Positions 14,029 through 26,000 of a DNA stretch of 64,000 bases are shown here, piece by piece; position 1 is the stretch's first letter; every line of letters begins with the position of its first letter. Below the pieces are notes generated by a model, which was not told where the DNA came from, searched no databases, and was given only the letters and a program-made list of their open reading frames with translations. Position numbers and translations under genes: made by a program. The DNA is from Lingula anatina (lineage: Eukaryota; Animalia; Brachiopoda), in NCBI GenBank assembly GCA_051362555.1, contig CM120642.1, positions 29,388,001 to 29,452,000 of the forward strand, written 5' to 3'.

Positions 14029-17000
14029 TCAGGCGCGAAGAAGAAGCTCATCTGACTTAATGGACGCAGCACCTATGTTTTTAGTGTCGTCTGCCGCGCT
14101 GTCTTCATTTTCCGCAGCGACTGTGTCTTTTGTGCTTATTTCATCCTCTTCAGAGACTTTGTACTTCTCTCCTGGGTTTTTCTGCTCCTCCTGCTGCTCG
14201 TCAAGTGGCCTCACCTTTCTTTGAAAATACACACTCTATTTTAATAATCGAAAATAACAATAGTATTATTAATATTCAAATAAATATCAAGACACAGACA
14301 ATGTGAAGTAAAACGAACACCCTTAAATTAATAATAATGTCAGGTATTTTAAAAAAGTTAATTATTTGATTAATAAGAGGCAATGTTAACATGAAAAGAG
14401 CATTCATCACCATTTAGCACTTTTAACTTTACATAAAATGTCTCAAATCAAAGTAATAGTTAAAAATATTCAAGGCACTCAACTAAATACCTTTTCCTTT
14501 TGTTACGCTTCCATAGAAAAAATATAAAACAACAGCAAGGTACGAACACTAGTAACCCAAGGATTCCGAGTAGTCCTATTACCGGTGGAGTAGAATCAGT
14601 AATACTAGTGCTTCCAGAAGGAATATTTGAATAAGCTCGATTGTTAGAAATTGCTGCAACAGTCAGATATTTAAAAAATCATCAAAAATATTCAACGATT
14701 CATTAGATATATAATAAAATATTGGTAAATATATAAGAACTGTTTATTGTGTCATCCTGACAACCAACGAAATCGGTAATAAAGGGTCGGAAATATTACC
14801 GGCAAATTTACATAAAGCGCCTCTTAACAATAATTACTGTTCCCCGTTTTACTGAATATTTCTTTGGTATTGTAAAGCGCACTTACCGACAAACTGTGTG
14901 AGTGTTAACATAATTTTATTTATCTAAAACTCGATATTCTTACCCATCTCATTCTCGCATCTCGTCCCATTGAAATCTTCCAAGCACGTGCAACTGAAGT
15001 TTCCCGCCAAATTTTCACAAGTTGCGTTGTTTTGACAAGGGCTATCGCCACATTCATCAATGTCTTCAATAGGTAAATGAATTGTATGATACAGATTTAT
15101 TTGTGGAATCTCAGTTATTAAAAAATTTAAAGTAATGTAAATCAAACGGTGCTTCTTTTAGTAGTAAAGAGCACAGTGTCTCGGTGGTTATAGATCGAAC
15201 TTGAACAAATTATCAAATTAATTTCCTAGCTCACTTAAAGAGAAATTAGAGGATGTATAATCTAAGTTCTTTATAACTTTTTTGGACAATGGAAGTCAGC
15301 AGCCACCTATAGCACTCTTATTTCACTGTGCATATATCTATTAAAACTTCCTAACAATCGGACGGTTTTTACACTATGATAGACATGCCATACAGAACTT
15401 CAAACCTCGACATTGTCCAACATGTACGTACCCGTTTCGCACATGTCTCCAATGAAACCAACTGGACATGTGCAGTTGAAACCGTTCAGCAAGTTGTTGC
15501 ACGTGCCACTATTTACGCATGGGTTACTGAGGCATTCATCTACGTCTGTAATAAATATAACAGTACGTGAGTAAACCTGCCACCACATTTCAAGTTATAT
15601 TGTTTGAATTCTAAATTAAAGGAATATGTGTGCAAATGCAAAACAAAAATACACAACCCCCCTGCAAAACTTGTTTGACGGCATGTAGAACCTTTGAATG
15701 CATAAATCAATCTGACTTTAAGAATTGACAGTGTACCTGTCTCGCAGTTGACTCCTGTAAAACCAATGAGGAATACCAGCCCGCTTGGCGCCAGGTGTCG
15801 CTAGTGTGAATTCAGTCCTTCTACAGTCGCCATGTTGGATATTATATACGTTGGACTGTGGTACTGGCCTTAATAAACATGCCTCAGTATTGTTGTGTAC
15901 CTGAATGTCAAAGTCGGCAAGGTGGGCATAATTTTCTTGAGGATTCAGGGCTTCGTTTGAAGTGAAGGGTTGCCCATGTCAAAACACCTTCCATGTTAAA
16001 GGGACAGTTACAACTTGACCCAGGCACAGTAATTAGGCCCCTAAAGATAGACGAGTTGCCTCAAAAAGAATACACGTAAAAAGGTTAATTGATCTTGGCA
16101 AAACTTATGATGTTTTGGAAAGAGAGCTCCATAGCAAGAAAGTGCCCCTAGGAAGTATGATTTATCAAAGTGCATTTTCTTATGTCCGTAATTTCAGAAG
16201 AGTTGTCAGTAAAAATATATAAGTGCCGGTAGCCTACTACCTGCATAAGGTTGTGTTATTAAGTAATATCCTTTTTTATTGGTGTATTGAGCATGACCGG
16301 TAATGTAAATTAAATAATTATTTTTATTTAAAATCATTATTCAGTACCTCGTAAGAATCATAAAACTAGGTATAATTAGATAATTTATTTGTTCATGTAT
16401 AGATGCAATTTCTCAGCCAATGGAATAATTAATGCATGTTTGGAAATCTTTTTGTAACAGTTTAAGAAATAAAATTTAAAGAAAGAAAACATTTTATAAA
16501 TGAACAGTTTTTGTTCTTTTTTTTTTTACAAAATAGCACTTCTCAATTGTTTTACTCGAGTAGAAACACCATATTATTTCATCGCTCTGAAAATTCATTA
16601 AAAAGCAGCAAAACCAAATATTTAAACAAAATAATAATTCAGTCCATAGTAAAAACCATGAAACCATGTAATACTTAGATAATTTATTTGTGCTATAACT
16701 TTCCTGAATATATAGCTGCAATTTTTCAGCCAATGGATTACTGTAGGTATGGAAAACTTTTTGTAACGGTTTAAGAAATAAAAATTAAAGAAAGCAAACA
16801 TTTTACAAATTAACACAGTTTTTTGTTCCTTTTTACAAAATAGTACTTATGAATTATTTTACTTGAATAGAACTACCACATTATGTCATCACTTTGAAAA
16901 TTCTTTAAAAAGCAGAAAAACCAAATTATTTGCTGTAAATACAACTAGCAATTTATTTCATCCCACTGAAATACTTTACAAAATTGCATCATAGTTTTTT

Positions 17001-20000
17001 TTTCATTACAGTTAAATATTATTAAAAACAGCATAAACACATAAGTACTTTTTGTAAAGAATATAGCACCACCAAATTATTTCATTTTAGTTAAAACATT
17101 TTTTAAAATTGCACTTCAAAATTATGATTGCAGCTAAAACCATCTCATACAGGGGTACTTTCTATAAACTAGTTGACACATACTTCCTATAGTGTTTTTC
17201 ATTAAAAAAAGTTATCCTGGGCAAAATACATGTAGAAAAATATCCAGCGTCAGAATGAATCAATCCCACAAACAGTTCTTTGAATGTAAACACAACAAAA
17301 TAGCAGAATGGGCGATTTGTAATGAACATCTGGCCTTCTAACTTAGTATAGTATTCGCGGGCTTTCTTTAGGCCCAGATTCGTGCACGAGATACACATTC
17401 CAAAAAGGGGAAATCGGGTCCGGGTCCAACTGTCATGTGTCTGCAATGGTTTTGGACACAACAATGATTCATACAGTTTGTTTATATACTTCTTCTCTGT
17501 AGCTGCAATTATCTCTCCAAACCTGGAAGCAGTGATCTGCCATTGTCTCTCCTTGTGTCAGATTGCGCTCTTTCCTTGTTATAACTTGCTATGCTCAGTG
17601 TCCTTCGCTGTTTGTTCCTCAACCTGAAATATTCATATCCCATTAAAGCATGGTAGATGGTTACAGCATTAAATAGTTAACATACAGTATTATATTTCTA
17701 TGATGTCACACATCACCTAGTTAGATAATTCTTTCTCATATTTGGGCCTGATTCTTAATATTAGACCTCTGTTTTCACTTACATCATTCCCTCTATCCAT
17801 GCATTATTGTTTTCATGGCACTTGGCAATAGTTGTTGTCCATCACAGCCGCCTGTAAGTCAGCTTTAGGGCAGGCATAACTGGTGGCTACATCATTCTTT
17901 GCCGCTGATGTGAAGTGACGGGTAAGATTCCTGAAGTAATCATTTTATCCTGCTCTTGAAGTTGGCTGTCCTGGGGGTCCTGAAATCGACAGTTTCAGGC
18001 TTTGCCCCCAATATATGGACCTTCTTTGGGTAACCTTATAAAGAAAATAAATAAGTACATGTACTAAGTATAAAAAATCTTCGTCTTTCGTGCTACTAAA
18101 ACAAAATATGAGCGTAGGCCTACTCGTACCTACAGTAGTCTACATGTACATAACATGTCAGATTTGACACACACACCTCGACTAATGTTCGATTTTTTTT
18201 CAAGGAAAATAGTTAGCATTCGTGTTTTTCAAGCACTAAATGAAAAGAAAACACATACCTTTCAGTCAATTCACAATTTCATCCAGATGTTATGGCACCA
18301 CATTCAAGTAAATTGCGTTTGAGTTGGTTCACTGTCAGCGACGCATGCACACGCTCCATGTTAAACTTTGGTGTAAAGCCGTGAGCGAGATTCTGCGAGA
18401 TTTAAGAAGGACTGCTTTCACCCCCACGCCATCTAGCGGCAGACCCTTAAAGCGGGTATTCCCCATTGGACAAGAGCAATAGTAGTATCCGGCTCGGTCC
18501 ATACACGTGCCCGCGTTCTCACAGGGATTGCTGGCACATTCATTGATGTCTGGAATGCGATTTGCAAAAGTTCACACATTGAAGTAAAAAGAATACGTGT
18601 GTAAATGCAAAACACACCGCCTGTAAAACTTGTTTGCTGGATTCTTTTAAGACGAAAATCAATTTGGTTCTGAAAGAAGTCATCGTACCTGTCTCACAGA
18701 TGTCTCCTATAAAACCAGTTGGACACGAACAGTTGTAGTGTCCGGGTTTGTCCATACACGTTCCCCCGTTTTCACAGGGATTGCTGGTACATTCATTGAT
18801 GTCTGGAATGTGATGCGCAAGGTTTTTCACAGATGGCAATTTGAGTAATAGATGTACCCATATTACACAATGATATTTGAAGTTAACTTCCTGTAAAAAT
18901 CTGCTTGATCAAAAGCACAACCTTTCAAGACGTACATGCATATATTTTTAAATCGGCAGTGTACCTATTTCGCAGTTGGTTCCATTAAAACCGGTTGGGC
19001 ACGAGCAATTGTAGTACCCAATTTTGTCCTCACAAGTTCCCCCATTCTGGCAGGGATTACTGTTACACTCGTTGATATCTGAAATGAAATCCACTAGCTA
19101 TCGTAACGGCAATCTTTCCATACGTTACCGTAAATAAAATATTTTTGAGAAATTTTTGTGAAATTTAATATCGGTAAAAAAAATCATGAACGCCGTATGT
19201 GGACATTTCAAAGTTCTTTTTCATAATGCATTGCTATGAAGATCTGAAATTGTACATTTTCTGTGTAATTTTCACAGCACAAAAACAAATCTTTCCGATT
19301 TTTCAGCCTCCGCGGAATGACGTCGGAACAGTGCAAGCTGGCCTTTACAACGCGCGACTGAATGACGTTTTTCCGCGCAGAGTACCCCTTTCTCTTTTAC
19401 ACCGCCTTTCAACAGGCGTAATCTCGTTCGTCTTTCTTCGCGACTGAACAACGTTTTTCCGCAGGGGTCTTGCCTTGGTATTATGTGACGGTCGTTATTG
19501 GATTGTGACTGATATTTAAGAACATGAGATTTCAATGGAACTAAAAGATTTATATTGTTAATTCCTTTCAAAATTCCATTTTATTATCTTAGGTGCGCTA
19601 CATATATATACTGTCGAAAGTCGTGATCATCCCGATCATAAGAATATCTCTCCTGAGGAAGCTTCCCCCGAGGGCTTATCATATTTTGTTATTCATCATT
19701 TCATTTCTCTTTGCTGATTTATCCCTAAAAGTTGTATTTGATCTATCAAATCCAGTCCAATTCACAGTCGTCTCAAAAACCATTTTAAATTAATACAGAT
19801 TGCTTAGAAGCGATATCAAAGTCTATATTTAAAGCATGATCATTATTTCCATAAGATTGCAATGAATTATAATGAATAAGACTTGGTCAAAGGCCATGCT
19901 GTTTGATTATTAAAAGTTTGGCCGCGGCCTTGGATATGCAACTCTGGTTGCAGCAACATAACTGACTACCATTTAACTTGTCGCTTGTACTATGGAAATT

Positions 20001-23000
20001 GTTAATCACACTTGCGTTTACAATCTGGATTTTATAGGATACGTTTTGTGTGTGTCTCCGGAGTAAGAATCATTTCACTGAAATCATGATACACAGTCAG
20101 TGCATTTTTAATTTTTTATTTTTTCAATTAATAAGGTGTATTAATAAAGATTCCTTAGTCGATCGCGATTTAGACTGCGGCAGTTTAAATAGATCTTAAG
20201 TTTATTACACCGATGGACGTAGTGCTTATGCATTGAATCAGCGTGTGTAGTGGTGCAACCAATATTTAATTAATAAGGGAGTTGGAAGAACCAGCGGGTG
20301 ACCGTTAAACGTTCTAATATTTAATCAACACTGAGCGGAGAACAAACAAAAAAGTAATAAAGATGTTTCACTCTATGCGCTGGTGGCCGGGAAATTTCAA
20401 CAAAGCCCGACTAACAACAATGTACGTCACGGTCACCTTCATTATTTCATCTAGCTAAAAGACGAAAACAAAAATACTTTAATACCAATGTTGACTGGAG
20501 ATGCATTAGAATTTTTTTTGATGAATAAGTATTGCCCCACAACTGATCGTAGTACATCCCACGATAAGATTTCGCTCGATAGACCATGTCTAGAACCATA
20601 AGTAAACCATTAGTTCTAAACTAGCTGTCATAAAAAACCTTGCTTGAAAAACTGAATAACTTTAAGACCATTGTTATTTTGCAAGGTTAAGCAGCGATAA
20701 ATGTGTTGATATATAGCAAACATTATCAGTATGATGTGCCGTAACACGTATATAACAGGAGTACTTTTCTATTGATGATGATATCTTGCTCATAGTGGGT
20801 GACGAAGATCTAGAGAAGGGGGTGGTTAAACCACGTACAGTGAAGAATCACTGCACATTAAACGGTTTCTGCTAATGAAAATGTATCATATCGCAATATA
20901 CTGATTTCTTCAAAGAAATTCATTTTCACATGAAAATAAGTAAATCGCCGCAAGTCAAAAACGGCTATTTTGTTTATAAGTTCTGGGCTTTGACAGAGAA
21001 GGACAGGCCTGCTTTAGATGACAGCCGGATTCGGTTGTATTTGTATGGGGATTGCTACCAGTAAGTAACACAGTTTTCACATGAAGTACCATTGAAACAC
21101 GATGGTCAAGAGATGACTCATAAGCTGAGGTCAGTATAACAAGCAGCATGGTGGCCAATAAGCTATTTAATCTATCATGTAGCCTCTCTCCAACCGCGGT
21201 GATGAAGGCTTAAACCAAATGTTTTGGTTTCTCACTTCTTTGTTTAAGCACATTTCCCCCCCCCCCTCTTTTTTCAGGACTCTACAGCTGATGAAGGTCA
21301 CTTGTTGACCGAAAAGCGCTTTCTGCAACCAGTCCAACCCCCCTTTTTTTTCATTTCCCCACCCGCACTGTGTGTATCTCGTACAGTCGGCCCTTCAGGT
21401 CAAATAAATACAGAGGCGAGAGACCTCTCTCACATCATACTGAAGTGAAACAACAGCCGATAATATTGAATACGGCAATAAATAGTTATCTAACATAATT
21501 CGAATCAGAATTATAAGACGGACACGTTCTATCACCGTTTTCATCTCTTCACAAACACGTGATTACGCATCTTAGGGACTTCAATCTAAACTCTAACGTC
21601 CCAAAAACAATCTCAAAGCTTTTAACCAGGGGCGCTGTCAAAACACACGTCCCCAGGGGCCCAGTCCTGGATCGTGTTATTTTGATAAGAGTTAGTTTAA
21701 CTAAGACATGAGCCGACCACCCCTAAACAACGAATATTAAATCGCAACTGCAAAGGGGAGGATGTGGTGTGGTGTGAAGATAGCCACAGAGACAGAGTAC
21801 AAAGTATATGTACAGGAAAAACGAGAGGATGAAGACAGTAAGTGGTTTTATTCCTTTTGTTATTTTCATAATATTCATTTATTTTTATTTTTAATAATTG
21901 ATTATCAATGTGTTGATAAATTACCAAGTCTTTGATTTTATTACATTCTCCATGTCTGTTGTAATGGTAGGCTACATGCATTCTTGTAATTCTCAATCCT
22001 GATACTTTCTCTGAATTTTTTTAGTCAGACATGCTGTTCCCTTTACCCAGTTATGTTTAATACGTTATTACACATTATATTTTGATATCATTTCGTTATA
22101 TCTTCACAGAAACCGCACTGGAAAAAGGAAAGGGCGATGGCAGCACTGAACAAGGGGAAGTCGTTGAAAGGGGCAATGGCAGAAATATCTGACGCGGGGG
22201 TGTGCCAGGCTAAAGAAGTGCTCAAATTGATGTGTGGAAAATAAATTACACGCAAGGGCGATTTGATGTGTGGAAAATAATTTACACGCAAGGACGATTA
22301 GAGTCCAAAGTTGTAGATTAGATAATATAACAGTATTCAACATGAAAAATATTAATATATCTCCTTTACGGTGATTGATTTTTACTTACTGTTTTTATAT
22401 ATATTGTTATTACAACGAGATCAGTACTTCTTATATTTGAACATATATTTGTATATTTATTTTGCTGTGATCCCAAGTAAACTGATATGTTTAAATTCAG
22501 GCCCAGTCTTGAAAGTCCCCTCCTCTTGGGGAGGGGAATGACCACAGTACGCGGGAAGCTAAATCATCAATACACAAATTACAGTGTATTATTATCTCAC
22601 TGATAGTAGGCTTTTTAAAAATATCCTGAAAATCACGTATCACCGGGTATAATGTCTTCGTTTCACGAAGGGCTGAGAATAAACAATTGCATTCACAAGT
22701 CGCGTGAATGGGGTGCTTCACGAATCACGCTAAATAAGATGAACGTTTCACACACCTCAAGAAATAAATAGCTGTATTTTCTACAGATTTATTCTGAAAG
22801 TAAATTTTTCTGTTAGAATTTGAGCAGCATTTATTTGATTTTGATTAAATGCTTTAAGTTAGTCGGATATTTCAGGTACATAATGTGTTGCGTTTCTCTT
22901 ATTATTAATTTTCCCGTATTTTTAATGTTATTTTATTTCTTTAGCCTACGCATTTTGTAGGGGTTTTGGTGACAATATTACATCTTTCCTTGGAAGCTAG

Positions 23001-26000
23001 GCTTCATCGCCTTACTCAATGTGAACAAAAATACCTAATGAGTGTAATTTTTAAAACGGAGTCGGGCAATTAGGGCACACATAATTGGCATGTTATTTAA
23101 CGAGCGGCCACTCTCTGCAAATACATTAAGTCGATGGATAAGTAGTAGTCGTTTCCGTTTTCATCATATGTTTACCAGATGTCGATAAATAATGGAAAAA
23201 GCCTGACTATTTATGAATCTGTAACTCTCTATAATTGTACTTTTGCTTAGATTTTGTTCTGGAAAGTCGTTTTTAAATGTGGTTCGTATTTATTTGCGTA
23301 ATTATTTTACTAGGTAAATTTAAAATTATTTTTAATGGTATTCGCTATTGTTTAGGGTGTGCGTATAATGAGTGTACAAAATAGTAGATTAGTATAAGAT
23401 TACTTTCCACTTGTGAAATATAGTAGCTATGTTGCGCTTTATAAACATAATTCCCACTGCATTGTAATGGTTATTGTTGTTTTTTTGCAATAAATTATTA
23501 TAAATGAAAACTCACAAGCCTTCCTCTCATTAAATGAAATGCTGCATTAATTTGAAACATTATCGGTGCTATAAGTAATTGAAATAACTATAAACGTCCA
23601 TATTTGATTAGATAAGGGAAGTAGAGACTTACCTAAAATTGCCTTTATTTGATCGTAAAAGGGTTATAATGACGTACCTCATATCGCATTTACTTCATCG
23701 GAAAAGGGTTATAAAGACGTGTCAAAAATGGCCTATATTTGATCGGAAAGGAGAAGTAAAAAGGTTGTTTTTAGTCGCCTATACTTGATCGGAAAGACGT
23801 AGTAAAAGTGCAACTACAATTTTAAGCTTAGGCATAAAAGGGTAGTAAACCCGTAGACCCTGACCTTTCCGGTAGAGCTTTACACCGTTGAAAAGGCTTG
23901 TAAAGAGAATATTCAGATCCATTTCCTGAAGAGTAAAAGAGCTGAAAATTGACTTTTTGTGCTGTGTTTATCAATAACTTGTGCTTTATTCTGCAAACCC
24001 TTCGTCATCTAAATATGTTAGCAATTAAATTGGTTACTTGTCTAACTGTGTCTGTCCTACCTGTCTAACCAGTCTACGTTGAACTTAAAATCCTGTCTGA
24101 GTTATGCTTATGTATGCTTAAGTTAACCTTGGCCGCAGTCACAATTGATTAAAAGACACTTCTCTTAAAAATGGGACAATTGGTGCGCCTACCAAGAAAC
24201 ATATAATGTTTTTATCATTTGCGGAATATCCATATTTCCACGCAATGTTACTATTCATCACATTACTAATAGTCTAAAGCTACGGCTATGAGGAGAATTC
24301 CCGATTGGAACTAGCCACTGAACTTGTATTCACTTGAAAACCACACTACAATTAAGCTTACCTGTTTCACAGTGGGTTCCATTAAAACCGATTGGGCACA
24401 AGCAATCGTAGTATCCAGTTTTGTCCACACACGTTCCCCGATTCTGGCAGGGGTTGCTGATACACTCTTTGATGTCTGTAATGAAAAGCAACAAATGGTA
24501 CAATTGGTGCGCCTACCAAGTAACATATTATGTATTAACCAACTGCAGGTTATCCATATTTCTTCGCACTGTTGCTATTCTTCACATTAATGATGGTTTA
24601 AAGCCACGGCCATCAGAGGAGGATTCCCGGTTGCAAGTAGCCACTGAACTTGTATTCACTCTACAACATACTACATTCAGCTTACCTGTTTCACAGTGGG
24701 TTCCATTAAAACCGATTGGGCACAAGCAATCGTAGTATTCAGTTTTGTCCACACACGTTCCCCCATTCTGACAGGGGTTGCTGATGCACTCGTTGATATC
24801 TGTAATGAAAAGCAACAAAATTAGCAATTAAATGACCTACACGGTAACCACAAAAGCTACATTAGAGAAACTTCTGTAAAAAATCACAAAGGCATCATTT
24901 CAAAGTTACTTTCTAAATTGCATTACTCTGAAGCTGTGAAATTGTACACCTTTATATTATTTACCCAGTAAATGTACAAACCTCTTTTGACATCTGAAGA
25001 TGCTGGCAATTATTGGTAACATGCATGATGATGTGTTTTTTCCTGTCTAACTACATGTAGTCTATGTTGAATTTAAAATCGTGTCTGAGCGCAGTTTTGG
25101 TGACGTTTACCTGTTTCACAATTGTCTCCTGTAAATCCAGTTGGACACGAACAATTGTAGTGCCCGGCTGTGTTTATACACGTTCCACCATTCTGACATG
25201 GGCTGATTAAACATTCGTTAACGTCTGGAATGTGGTTAGGTTTGTATATTTGAACAGGACTGAGTGAAGTTTTATTCAATTTACTTTTTTTAATTTCTCA
25301 AAATATGTCATACCAAAAGGCACAGCAGCAACAGTAGTTAACAGAAATTAATTCTTAGATAATTGGTGCGAGTACTGAGTTACATTTTAGGTATTTACCT
25401 TTTGCAGATGGTTTGTTTTAACACTGAATTAAAACTGAGGATGACTAACACATAAAGAAACTTATAGTGAATGCAGGAAAACGATATTTCAAGTACATTA
25501 TGTCACTATTCATCAAAACCGGAAAGGGACGTTGCGAATTCGGTCATTAGAAGAAAATTCCCGATTGGAACTAGCCACCGAACTTGTATTCGCTTGACAA
25601 CCACACTACAATTAAGCTTACCTGTTTCACAGTGGGTTCCATTAAAACCGATTGGACACAAGCAATCGTAGTATCCCGTTTTGTCCACACACGTTCCCCC
25701 ATTCTGGCAGGGACTGCTGATACACTCGTTGATGTCTGAAATAAAGCAATCAAATTAGAATTTTTAATGACTTACACCGTGACCACAATAACTACATTTC
25801 AGACATTATGATTAGCTACATTAAAATGTCTGTTTAAATCATTATAACGTCGTAAATAGACATTTCAAAGTTACTATTAAAACTGCATTACGACGAAGCT
25901 GTGAAATTCTACATCTTTAGGAAAGTTACCCTTAGTCTGAGCGCAGTTTTGCTTACGTTTACCTGTTTCACAGTTGTCTCCTGTAAATCCAGTTGGACAA

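Noticed and set aside
14010-14030. CTGACGA-CGTC-ATT-GAC as a hammerhead core
   Set aside because: Lacks the required GAAA after stem II.
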